A DNA stretch of 63,785 nucleotides, the filler included, from Reticulomyxa filosa (lineage: Eukaryota > Protista > Foraminifera), in assembly GCA_000512085.1 (NCBI GenBank). It is 13 parts of 13 records of this genome, joined end to end, with 100 filler letters (N's around TTAATTAATTAA, not from the genome) between each part and the next. Parts side by side here need not be neighbours in the genome. Positions count along the whole stretch, not along the records: positions 6,730 to 14,125 come from ASPP01003474.1; positions 14,226 to 23,095 come from ASPP01014175.1; positions 23,196 to 33,928 come from ASPP01020152.1; 10 more parts are not named here. One strand, written 5' to 3'. The notes under the pieces were generated by a model that was not told the DNA's origin, made no database searches, and saw nothing but the letters and a program-made list of their open reading frames with translations. The position numbers were made by a program, and so were the translations under genes. Position 1 is the stretch's first letter. Each line of letters opens with the position of its first letter. This document shows positions 11,547-23,240 of the stretch, in pieces.

Positions 11547-13788
11547 TCAGAAAAAAGGAATATTTGACAAAAATGTCCTGAACCATGAAGAGGCAGGCCG
11601 TTCGTCTTTTTTTTTCCATTCCTGATATGCACAGTGATATGCAGTCGCACAGAAACGCCACTCCAAATATTCATGGGGGAAGTGACGCAGATCATTGTCG
11701 CGAAGGTAGTGACGTAAGAGAAAGGCGAGTTGAAACTCTTGAGCGCAGGGCGGATTTCGTTGAACTTGTCCTAGTTTGTACGCAATCTCACGCCAAACCC
11801 TTAGTATATCTTTCATGGTGGTCAATGGAGTTTTTTTGACAAACGCTTTGATTTGCTGTTGAAGTTCGTTTGATAACGGATATCGATATATTTCAAGGAC
11901 AAATGGAGTAATGGAGCTCTCGTCCAGACATTCGATGCGCATCAAATTATTCAAAAAGCGCCATAACGCAGCGACATGTTTGATGCAGAGGACATTTTTT
12001 TTGTCTTTGATATGGATTTGAAAGTCAAACAGACTCCAATCTTTCTCTTCAAAGTGCATGCGTTGGAGCAAGTTGATCAAAGGTGTATCGAAGAGTTGGT
12101 CGAGATTGTTGGATAAGAAGACGACAACGTCGTTGAGCGCCTCCAATCCTTTCTGTTTTTGTAAGGAAGAGGCGGTGTACAAGCGAGTGTGTTCCCAAAG
12201 CAACTCGATCTGAGCTGTTTGCGAATCCTGGTGCTGAGTCTCGATGGTGGCAATGCTATTGTGGATGTCCAAGTCGTTGCGATATTGAAATAGAGGGACT
12301 CCAAGAGCCAGAGGTCGTCGACCGTGCACAAAGGAGTGATAAATGTCATTTTCAATGGACGCAAAATCAAAGTATTTGGACTCGCTGTTGATGGCACCGT
12401 ACTCGAGTACTGGAGCACTGTGTCGTCGAATGATTTCATTTAGTTTGTTCTTATCAAAGCACAGCACGTCATTTGAGGTAACATCAAACAGCCATTTGTA
12501 AGTGACCTGATCATTGTCATATAATGTTATCTCTCTTTCCCCTTTATTGTCATCATCATTATCATTTTTATTATTATCATCATCATCTTTTTTGTGTTCA
12601 TGTACAGACAGTCGCTTTAAACGACAAAGGGTATGCAAAAAGCGATTGTGTTCTCTTGCAAAAGTCGGATGATTTTGTAAATACTGAATCGCGCCCGTGC
12701 GGTCTTGGCGTTGACCACGACTACGCGTTCAATTGGTATGAGCATCTTTTCGGCTTGGAGTTGTTGATAATGTGACGCAAAGTGATTCCAGCACATCACA
12801 AGATCGCTCCACCAGGAATAGCACTCACGCTTTTGCTTCACTATATCTTTGATATGCACGTCGTACAATTGTTCGGGCAGAAGCTGTTGCGAGTATTCGT
12901 CATGCACGTGTTTCAACAGCTTGGCAATGCTGGGCAAGTACTGTATGACCCAAGAGTCTTCGTTGCAAGCGAGCAGCTGTGCCGTCAATGGGTACTGCGC
13001 ACACAGCTTGGAGTCGTAGCTGAATGCGCGACTCAGGTCATTCCACGACAGCACTTGCACTGCCAAAAACAACTGCGGCGCACAGCTTATTTGGTATGAG
13101 TTTGTCAGCTCTTTCTTCTCTTCGATTTCGCTCATCAACTCGCCGAACGCCATCGACGTCTGTCGCTTCCTTGCATCTTCGCCTGCGTTTCGATACTTGA
13201 TAAACTTGTCCTTGTCATTAAAAAACGTGCGGTATTCGCAGTCCAGCTTCTCTTCAAACTCGTACATATCCTTCAGAGTCTTGTAGCTCGAGCCATGCGG
13301 ATACCATTTTGCAAACTTTTCTGAAAATCTTTCATCCAAAAATGAGAGCCACTTCCAACAGCTCTTCGTTCAGACCGGTCAGCTGTTCTAACTGGTTCCA
13401 GTTAGTTTTCACTTGCCGCCATAACATGTCGCCCACGCTCTCGCATTTCAACAGCTGCTGCAGCTTTGCACTGTCCTGTGGGATGCAGTCGTCTCTCAGT
13501 AGCAATGGCAGGTGATACAGCAAGCGTAACAACAACCACGTTAATGGACTCACTGTCTCTGGCTCTGTTCTTTTCGGCGACGTATAATATCTCTCCAGCA
13601 CGAACCAAATGCTTTTCGACTCTTCTCCCACTTTGGACGGCGTTTTTGACGAAAAGGAGGAGGGGATGCACACTTTGGCTCCGCATCCATCCATTTGACA
13701 GTTGCCTCTTTGCACAAAGATAGAGGCGCATCTTCGAGTAATAATGGGTGTCTGTTTGCACAATAATATGGTACAGGCTCTTTCGTAG

Positions 13789-13819
<31 letters not shown>

Positions 13820-14074
13820 GGCATCCTGCGACAAGAACAACTCCGAGTCCTCAAATAGCAATCGGAAGGAGTTGTACTTGAGCTGCTGCTGAATGGAAAA
13901 GAAATGGAAGCAAAGTCTGGCCACAATGGGATCGAACGTGTTTCTCATCGAATCCCAATAGAACCTCGAGTTCGTCTTGCGCGATGTGAGGTGATTGAAG
14001 ATTTGTCCAAACACTTTTTGCTTGAACAGTCCGACCACGTCTTGCGCTTGGATTACTGTGCGTAAATCTATCAA
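11547..14074 (-). CDS. RNF213/mysterin-like giant E3 ligase, C-terminal region (5' partial; three frameshifts)
   Basis: Four overlapping ORFs give colinear RNF213-like motifs: RZ-like YCANRHP..CQMDGC, SPLTWLLLRLLYHLPLLL, VIQYLPSIAKL, LEYG..YFDFASIENDIYHSFVHGRRPL. Confidence 0.72.
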
Positions 14075-14090
14075 TATTTGTTGTTATTGC

Positions 14091-14125
<35 letters not shown>

Positions 14126-14225
14126 NNNNNNNNNNNNNNNNNNNNNNNNNNNNNNNNNNNNNNNNNNNNTTAATTAATTAANNNNNNNNNNNNNNNNNNN
14201 NNNNNNNNNNNNNNNNNNNNNNNNN

Positions 14226-14261
<36 letters not shown>

Positions 14262-14382
14262 AAAAAAAAGGAGAGGGGATGCTTTCTCCCTTTTTGTAAA
14301 AAAAAATTATATAAAATATATAAACATATAATATAAATATATATATTTATATTTATATTTATATTTGTATATATGTTTGAGT

Positions 14383-15408
14383 TTAAACGGGTGCATTGAC
14401 GGGGGCAGTGAAGGTGGGCTTTGAAACAGACTGTTCCGACTTAAGCGCTTTCTGTTCGACGGCGGTGGAGCCGATATGGGATGCGACGTGATCAGTGCTC
14501 GACTCTTCGCATTTCAGTCTCGAAAGGGATTGTGGTGAGACTGCAACTCCATTGCGATGTGTTGAGTGCGCCAGACTTGCACGTGAAGACAAAGACGACG
14601 AGTGGTGTGATGACGTGTCTTCCACGTCTCCCCCGTCCATTTCTTTCTCTCTCTCTCGATCGCGTTTTTCCGATTTTTCGATTACCGTTATTGTTGCACT
14701 TTTGCAATCCACCCTAATAATGTCATCCATTTGAGTGTTATCATTTATTTTTTATTTTTATTTTTTTTTGAAATCGTGTGTATATATGTAGTATACACTA
14801 TATTAAAAAAATAATAAAATTAAATCAAAAAAAAAAAAAAAAAACTAATATATATATATATATGCATATACATATATGCATATATGTATATATATTTTTT
14901 GTATTTATATTTATATAAAACTTGAGCAGTTTAATGTTTTCTCGACCACTAGGCTCACACGTCTCCACTTGGAAATTAGCAATATTGAAATCGATCATGG
15001 TCTGAGCGTCATTGACAATGGTTGGATCTTTGATCAATGGACCAATTCGTGCAATGTTGGATGGCTGATTCGATAAGATCATGTTGTCATCAGGCACCCA
15101 TTGACATGCGATCTCACTATTGCTATCTTCGACGTTGGGATGAAACACAGGGATCGCTGTGGAGTTCAACAGCTGAAAGTTACTTGTTCCATCTTCGTCC
15201 CTCCATTTTCCGTTCATTCGATACCATTTGAACTCCCCTTGAATGCTGCCGTTTGTTGGAAACCCTTCGCAACGGATAGGATAACTGTGCAAGAACTTCT
15301 CACTGTCGCTACGCAGGCGGATTATCACTGTTGGCTCTATATATTCATAATTTCAATGTTTTCAACCAATCCAAGTTTGGACGTCCACTTTTACACTTTT
15401 TCTTCCAT
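14383..15408 (-). CDS. SCAB/AIR9-type Ig-like domain protein (multi-exon, 3' partial)
   Basis: EFKWYRMNG..VFHPNVEDSNSEIACQWVP..RIGPLIKDP..ANFQV fits the AIR9/SCAB Ig(-PH) pattern; next exon at 14383-14730. The start is tentative because of indels near the 5' end. Confidence 0.5.
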
Positions 15409-15928
15409 TTTTTTTTTTTTTTTTTTTTCTGTGCTAACACACTACCTTTTTTTTATTTGATCAAGCTTTTCTCGCAAGCTTGCTGAAACTTTTCTAATTG
15501 TTTCATTCATTAGTATATTTACTTTTCAAAGTTTTTTGTTCTTTTTTCCCTGATAAGATCACTTTCCGATTTTAATTCAGTATGAAATAAATTTATTACA
15601 ATATTCGCTTGAAAAGGGGCAAAACAAAACTTACAAGTCTCAAAGTTTTTAATACAATTTGGTACTCCAACAAGTTTGTATATTAATTCACCTTTTTGTA
15701 TCCTTGGAAAGTAAACATGGCATAACTGAGAAAGATTGAAAATATATGTAAAGTCTGTAATTATCAGCGTAAAAGTCATACAAACAAGTTAAATTCCAAA
15801 CTTTTTAAGCACGTACTAATTCGAAGAAATAGAGTCCAATTGCCAAATGAAATCCTACGAAAAAGAGACTTAGAAAATGAGTGTGAAACTTTTTTGATTA
15901 TTATCATTTTCAAGCTCGTCAGGCATCG

Positions 15929-17034
15929 ATGGCAGAAGAGAAGAAAGAAGAGCGCACGAGCCATGTACAATTCATTGTTAAAAAAGACAAATTAGAAGTT
16001 GGAAAGGAATTGGTGTCTCTTTTGAATAAAATATCACACGACTCAATTGAAAGTGAAGGAACGTGTAGAGTGGCAATATCTGGAGGGTCTTTTCCCAACA
16101 TTTTGGGTCAAGGGCTCAAAGAAATGGTTCAAAATGATAAAGAAAAGACTCCCATTGACTTTTCCAAATGGTAAACTGTATAGCATTTAAACAAACAACA
16201 AGTACTGATGTTCTTATCCGTTGGCTTGCAAGAGCCGCATTTGTTTTTTTTTTTGTTTTTTTGTTTTTTTAAACAAAGGAAAGTGTTTTGGGCAGACGAG
16301 CGATGTGTTACACTAGACGATAAAGAAAGTTCATATTTGGGATATGAAAAAGAAATCCTTGCAGCATTGCAATACAAAGACTCATTCAACCAACTCAAGA
16401 CATTGCCTGTACCAAAAGCGTTTCCAATTGACAACATCAAAGAAATATTAAAAGATGAACCCTTAACAGTTTACTTTTTTTTATATAAAAAAAAAAAACT
16501 TTGGGGTTGAATGTTCTTTTTTTTAGTTTTAGTTTTTGATGACTCGGCAAAAACGCTTAATAGGATGCCAAGATCGCCAAGTTAACACCGAAATTGGCAG
16601 AAATGTATACTTCCAAACTATTAGGTGAATTCAAAGGTGGAAACCAAAGCGCCGATGCTCCAACCAAAAAATGGTATCCATCATTGGATGCTGTTTGCCT
16701 TGGCATGGGCCCGGATGGACACACTGCATCTTTGTTTCCAACACATCGTTTGTTGGAATCACAAAATGTGATCGATTTTATTGTGGATTCGCCCAAACCT
16801 CCGCCCAATCGAATCACAATGACTTTGCCAGTGTTGGCTTGTAGCAAATATGTCATCTTTGTTGTCACTGGCAAGGAAAAGGCAAACATTGTTAAAGATA
16901 TTCACAATAGCTACAAAAGTAATGAAAAGAGTAGCCAATACCCTGCAGGCTTGGTCACTTTGCAAAGCAAAGGTAAAGTTATTTGGCTTCTCGACAAAGA
17001 TGCTGGCGAAGGATTGAAGGACGCTAAAATTTGA
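15929..17034 (+). CDS. PGL: 6-phosphogluconolactonase (3 exons: 15929-16170, 16279-16468, 16564-17034)
   Basis: VAISGGS, VFWADERCV, LGMGPDGHTASLFP, DSPKPPPNRITMTLP, WLLDKDA; GT-AG introns keep the frame. Confidence 0.95.
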
Positions 17035-17481
17035 AACTTTATTTTTTCAATTCGTGTCATCCAACTTTTTCCTTGGGTAGTGCCAATATTGGCATCCCAA
17101 CATGACCTGACATTTTTAGATCTTTTTTGAAAAAAGGAATAATAGCAACTCAAAAAAAAAAGTGCTCATGTATTTTTTTCCCATTAAATTATTTTGCATT
17201 TCGTACGTCGTTTTAAAACAGTTTTAGCATTTGGAAACTGTCAGCTTGTTCTTAAATAGTATTTTTCGAATATCGACGAATTTTTGAATAGAAATATATG
17301 ATGGACTTTACGATAGCTTATAAATGATCAACTATTTTTTGATTAATACCCATACTAACGAGCAGCCAGTTAAGGAAATGAACAAAGTCTGTGAATTGTA
17401 AAACAGTTGATCTACTGTCAGAAAGAGAAAGTAACCTTTTCCCCCTTTTCCGTATTTTTGAGACATGCATATTAAAAAAAA

Positions 17482-19378
17482 ATGAGCCGAAAGCGTAAAT
17501 TAAGTGAAAAGAGTTCCGAAGGGCCTCGAAAGCGTCGCCGTATCGTGACAAGAGCAACAGAAGTGGAGTCAGAGTCAGACGGTTTTATAGACGATTTTAC
17601 GGATAGCGACAACAGAGAATCGAGTGGTAAGGGAGTACCGCCAAAAAAAAACAAAACAAAATAAAACCCATTTTGGGAACTGGTTGAAAATGCAAGCGAA
17701 CACTCTGCACAGCTTCGACGGAGTATGAATCAGAAAGCTCAAGTGAAAATGATTCCAATTTCACCCTCTCACAAAGTAGTTGCAGTAGCACAGATTCCAG
17801 TTTTACAGTTACACTTTTTTTTTTAATTAAAAAAATACATGTATGTATGCAAATATGGGCCAATATAAATAATGGAATGGGAAAGGACGAATCGGAAGAG
17901 GAGAGTGAAGAAAATGATGTGCGAAAGCGAGGGAAGAATGTGAAGATAACATCAATGTTTGCGCTCGTGAAAAAGCAAAACAACGAAATGAGCAAAGGAA
18001 AAGAAAAGACGAGCGAGAAGCAAGGCAAAGAGAAAAAAGGCGAACGCAATGTAACGAAGAAAAACAAGAAAGTGAAAAAAAAGAAAAGAAAAAAGAAGAG
18101 GAGGAAGAGGAAGATCCAACGTTGGATGGGTTTATCGTCAGTGATTCCGAAAACATTTCGAAGAATAATCACAAACAGCAACGGGGAAAAGAAAGACAAA
18201 AGACAAAAAAAAAGAAAAAGAAACCGCATAAGCAAGAAAAGTCAAAACAAGAACGAGAAAAAAGAAAAGCATCAGAACAGAAATCCGAACCGGAACAAAG
18301 ACAGGAACTGGAACCGGAACCGGAACAGGAACAGGAACAGGAACCGGAACAGGGACAAGGAAAAGTCCCGGAACATGAACAGGAACTGGAACCGGAACGA
18401 AAACAAGAACCAGAACAGGAACCGGAACCGGAACAAAAACAAGAGCCCAAAGGAGGAGAATTAAAAGAATCAGAAAAAGAAAAGGAAAAAGAAAGCGAAG
18501 CAGTAAGTACAAGTGTTGTTGGTGATGAGAATGACGAGAATGAACACATAATAGAAAAACAAAAGAAAGAGCAGAAACTCCAATCGAATGTGAAAAAAAG
18601 TTTGTTTGATTTTTTCAAAGGAAAAAAACAAGCGGATGTATCAAACAGCGATAACACAAACGAGGAATGTGTGCAATACCACGAGACCAATGAAAAAAAG
18701 ACGCTTTCAGACACTGTCTCAAACAAAGCAATACATACAAATGCATTGTCAAACACCGCCAAGGACGCACATGAGATTGATACAAGTTATACACTTGAAG
18801 ACAACGTCAATCCACCACAACATGTCATTTCAAATGAAAATAGCTCATCCAAAGGAAGCCAGGGGACTCCTATATCATCACACAACAATGATGTGTTGAC
18901 ACCACCCCACCAAATAAATCATCGGATCCATATAAGTCCTTCTCTTTCCAAAACCTCTCAACTACCCTCGGGAACAACACCACCCAAATTGTTCCCGATA
19001 TTTACCCGGAACAGCGCGGAACGCTGCAAGAACTCGCCCGCACAAAACAAGAAAGATCAAGGCAGCGCCAAAGCCAAACGTAGAAGGTGTCTCACTTGCT
19101 CGACTTCGGATGTTTCAGCGGAAGGCGATAACGATCAATGCAGCTTTTGCATCTCCCAACAACTTGGAACTCCCTGTTGCATCAATTGCAACAGAAGGCT
19201 CTCTATGCTTGCGTATTGCACTTGGAAAAAATCTCCCGCTTTTGCACAATATTCTCAACTGTTTGCTCGTCAATTTCGTGTGTCCATTCAAACGGACGCT
19301 GATATGCTTCCCTTTGAAAAATATTGCATTATTCTATGTGAGCAATGTCATCCACTGTTAAAACAGTTTCTTGATTGA
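17482..19378 (+). CDS. Low-complexity, probably nuclear protein with EPEQ repeats and a C-terminal Cys cluster
   Basis: Basic NLS-like MSRKRK/RKRRR, acidic tracts, and a 418-aa ORF ending CLTC..CSFC..CCINC..CEQCH. The 5' exon structure is uncertain (indels). Confidence 0.55.
18285..18445 (+). repeat. Coding hexamer repeat GAACCG/GAACAG (EP/EQ)
   Basis: Directly visible in the sequence; explains the spurious ORFs in other frames. Confidence 0.9.
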
Positions 19379-19704
19379 TTCACAATCTATACGTCTTTTC
19401 AACATTTTCCTTTTATGGTTTTTGGTTGAGTTTGCGAATGTCAAACTTTTTGCTTAAAAGTCTGTCTTGCAAATTCAAAGAAAAATGCAATAAAATTAAA
19501 GGTTTCTACCCCTCTAAAATGTATAAATACTTTTTATTGCTTGCATTAATTAACACCTCGAATTGAAGGATTTAAAATAATAAGATTTTATTTTTCACGA
19601 AGAAAACAGGCCCACTTACATCCATCCAAAAAAAACATTTGCCGTTCGTTTGTTTTCCCCCAAAGAGAGGGGGGAAGGAAATAAACTAGAAATACATTAG
19701 GATA

Positions 19705-20537
19705 ATGAATCGAGCATCTAAATATTGTTTGCATCATCGTTTTAATTACCCTCAAAGCATTACTCCTTTCTTAATGTCACGTAAATTTGGGGATGAACCT
19801 GCAATAAAACTGAAGAGCACAAGGACGAGCGTTAACGTGATAGCCAAAAAGCGTCAAAACTTGACCCCAACCTCGAGGTGGTTACGTGGACAGGGATTGC
19901 ATTGGAAAAAGATTGGGCAATCTTCAACTGCTTTAGAGTTTCGAAGTTTTTTTGGTTTCTGCGAGATTTCTTCCGCTTTTCAAACTGTTTAAAAAATGAT
20001 TTTTTTTTTGATCTGTTATTAAAAAAAAAAAAAAAATTGAGACAAGAAATGATCGCGTAAGACAACTATCAGAGAAAAGTAGTGAAGAGCTTTTGTTGTT
20101 TTTGAGGACAGAAAACAACAATGTGAATATATCGCACTTGAGTCGAGTACTTCAACTATGCATGACAAAAGCGAATTCGACACAGGAGTCGAACAAGTTG
20201 TTGTTGAACGTGCTGGAAATAATAGACAAATACAAGCACGTTGCAAAAGACGTATACTACTACAACATACTGTTTCAAGTGCTGTCGTACTCGTGCTTGC
20301 CTTCCAATCGAGCATTTGAACTCGTGCGTAAGTACTTTGAAGAGATGATGGCCAGCGAGAGTCAAGTACATCCAAACAGCATCACGTTGAGTAGTTTGCT
20401 GCGTTGTGTGCGATTGAAAGGAGAGTGCAACATAACAACCGCACTAATGTTTACGCATCGAGTGATGAAAGATCGATCTGGTGACAATAACAAGAGCAAT
20501 AATAATAATAATGATAATAATAATGATAATAATAATG

Positions 20538-20588
<51 letters not shown>

Positions 20589-21917
20589 GTAATAACAATA
20601 GTACATATAAACAAGAAGGGAAAGTGGGTTTGAATAAATTTTCGAAAACAGAATTAATTGGCATCTATGCGGCACATCAACAAATAGAAACGTGCCAAGA
20701 AATTTTCGACACGATTCAACATCCGGATATGGCCTGTTATGGCGCATTGTTGAATGCCTATGCAGAAGTGAGCAACATCCGGGCCATTGCACATATCATT
20801 GAAAAACAGATTTTATCGGACCCGGAGTTAAATGATATGTTCTCGAGAGTTACCACTTTAAAACGGTTGCTGTCATTCAATACGAATACTAAAAATAATT
20901 GGGACCCAAATTCATTATCTCTCAAAAATAGAAAAACTAGCATTGTGCAAAACACAATTTTTCTTTGGTTGCTTGATGAAAGCCTTTTTTAAAAAAAAAG
21001 AATATTTGCAAGTAATCAATTTGTTTATGACGATGATCAAATATCCTTTTCGCAGAACAATTGACAGCCATTGGGACATGGTGCTGTTCTCTTATGCCCA
21101 TTTGATTCAACAATGTCGTCTTGAAAAACAATCCCATTTGAAACAGCGTGATATCTTTGCCTCGCAATTGCAGGCGAGCGATTTCGAAGTTTCCGGAAAT
21201 TTCCAGGGCGGAGTCCGCCCTTTTCTGGCCGCCCTAAATCAACGCTTGCAAACATTCGATCATTTGATTGCCAATTGTGACAAAAAAATGGCACGTCATT
21301 TGGACCAAGTCCTTAACTCTCTCCCAATGCTCAAAAAGAAGCAATTACATCAGGATGACTGCAAGTGGTCTTTTTATCTGACCCATTTGCAGTTGACATG
21401 TGCACTTCTCGTTCACGGTGACGATTTTCAACAATGCTCATCCATTTTTGAAAGACTTGTTTCGGAAGGTAATCTCCAAATTTGGATCAATTCTGAAGTG
21501 AATGCACACGCAAATGAAAATGAAAATGAAAAACCAAAGAATTGGATACTCAATTTTCGTGGGGTATCGTTGCTGAATATTCGATTTATATTGCGATATT
21601 TGTTCACATGTTCAAAGGAAGACTTATGCGATATCATTGAAAATGGAAAGAAAGATCTTGTCATTTTATGTAATATTAATTCAAAAACTATTGCGTTTAT
21701 TAAAAACACCGACAACAACAACTCACTCAAACAATTTATTATCGACGAATTGCAGTCATGGACCCCACCATTAATTGCCAGTGTACAACAAAGTACTCCG
21801 ACTGATTCTGCGGATTCTCTTACACTTGCCATTGACTCCGCAAGTATCGCTAAGTTTTTTGAACAAAATGGGTCTTGCAATACTCTTTCACTGCTCATCG
21901 ACTGCGCTGACACCTGA
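19705..21917 (+). CDS. PPR-like protein with C-terminal SMR-like domain, probably organelle-targeted
   Basis: Intron 19938-20061. PPR-like helices (DVYYYNILFQVL, PNSITLSSLLRC, DMACYGALLNAYAE). A frameshift near 20860 restores TTLNGCCHS. SMR-like WILNFRGVS..LVILC..LKQFIIDEL. Arg-rich N-terminus. Confidence 0.7.
20498..20601 (+). repeat. (AAT)n microsatellite encoding poly-Asn
   Basis: Visible trinucleotide run inside the PPR ORF. Confidence 0.9.
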
Positions 21918-22319
21918 TCGCTTTCTTCTTTTCCATTTTATTATTATTATTTTCTTGAATTTATCTCCATATCTAATTGTTCATCGTGATACACATATCA
22001 TTCAAACACTTTTCATAATCCATATTGCCGAAAACTAATTTTTTCAAAATTAATCAATTCAATGTAAGTCTCAAATGCGAATTTTCAATGATAGTTTATC
22101 AATTCTAAGATTTATTAAAATTATTTTATGTGCAAAAGACTTAATTGGATGCCGAAATTATATTGAAAAAAGAAAAAAAAAAGCAAAAGCTTGATTATTC
22201 TTTACACAAATACAGATTCAACGCTATAAAGTTAAAAAAACCACTATCTTGGCAGTTGAATACGTAAAAAAGTAAGACAAAACAAAAATTTGGGCAAACT
22301 TCAACATTGTGCTCTAGTC

Positions 22320-23066
22320 ATGGCTGGAACAAATTCAACTGATTTTATCACGCTTGAAGGTATTTCTCGTGACCATATTTTCAAAGTGGAAAACATCCTT
22401 GAAGAATCTTCAGGAGTGATTGAAGAGCAAGGCTATTATTTCGTTGTGAAACAAAAGAAGCGCCGCACTGCTTGGCACGTGAGCAAAGAAGCAAAGCGAA
22501 ATATTTCCAAAATTTTGACAGAAAAAGCAGAAGATGCGGTTCATGTTATGTTCAGGACATTCACAGCAAATAATGGAATGATGGACATTTATTTATTTCC
22601 GATGTTTGGTTTGCTTGCACCATCAAATACAAAGAAGCAAAAAAAAAAAAAAAAGAAAAAAAGGGGGAGGGAAAAGTCAATAACGAAAATACGTATACAA
22701 ATCTGGTCATATATACACTATATCCAACACAAACAATATTTGCAGGTGAATGCAGGCGAAAGAGCACAAGAATTGTTGAATTGTGCGCTGCGATATGACG
22801 ACAACAACATACACGCGTTGAATTTGTACGGCAAATTATTGTGCGCAGCAAATTTATACGATGATGCACTAAACGTATATGCCCGATGTCTGAGTATCGA
22901 TCCAACCAATTTGGAAGCATTGACAAGTAGAGCAATGATTTATTGTCGATCAAGTGGAGACCAAAGAGCCCCTAAATTTTATGAAGCTGAATGGCACTTG
23001 AAGTTGGCACATAAATTTCATCACGACAATGTTTGTGTAGTACATGCGTTTTTTTATTTTTTTTGA
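22320..23066 (+). CDS. TPR-repeat protein (3' partial)
   Basis: ALNLYGKLL..YDDALNVYARCLSIDPTNLEALTSRA is TPR-like; phase-1 intron GTTTGC..aatgcag within the ORF. Confidence 0.75.
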   Translation: MAGTNSTDFITLEGISRDHIFKVENILEESSGVIEEQGYYFVVKQKKRRTAWHVSKEAKRNISKILTEKAEDAVHVMFRTFTANNGMMDIYLFPMFGLLAPSNTKKQKKKKKKKRGREKSITKIRIQIWSYIHYIQHKQYLQVNAGERAQELLNCALRYDDNNIHALNLYGKLLCAANLYDDALNVYARCLSIDPTNLEALTSRAMIYCRSSGDQRAPKFYEAEWHLKLAHKFHHDNVCVVHAFFYFF

Positions 23067-23195
23067 AAAGGGAAGAAAAAAAAAAAAAAAAAAAANNNNN
23101 NNNNNNNNNNNNNNNNNNNNNNNNNNNNNNNNNNNNNNNTTAATTAATTAANNNNNNNNNNNNNNNNNNNNNNNNNNNNNNNNNNNNNNNNNNNN

Positions 23196-23235
<40 letters not shown>

Positions 23236-23240
23236 AAAAC

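Noticed and set aside
13309-17700. Stop-codon reassignment (in-frame TGA near 13332 and 17685)
   Set aside because: TGA and TAA terminate clear genes (6PGL, ALAS, SWIM-RING), and the breaks are better explained as indels.
17597-18762. Overlapping ORFs with RN, VP and SC repeats
   Set aside because: Shadow frames of the EP/EQ hexamer repeat and K/E-rich coding.
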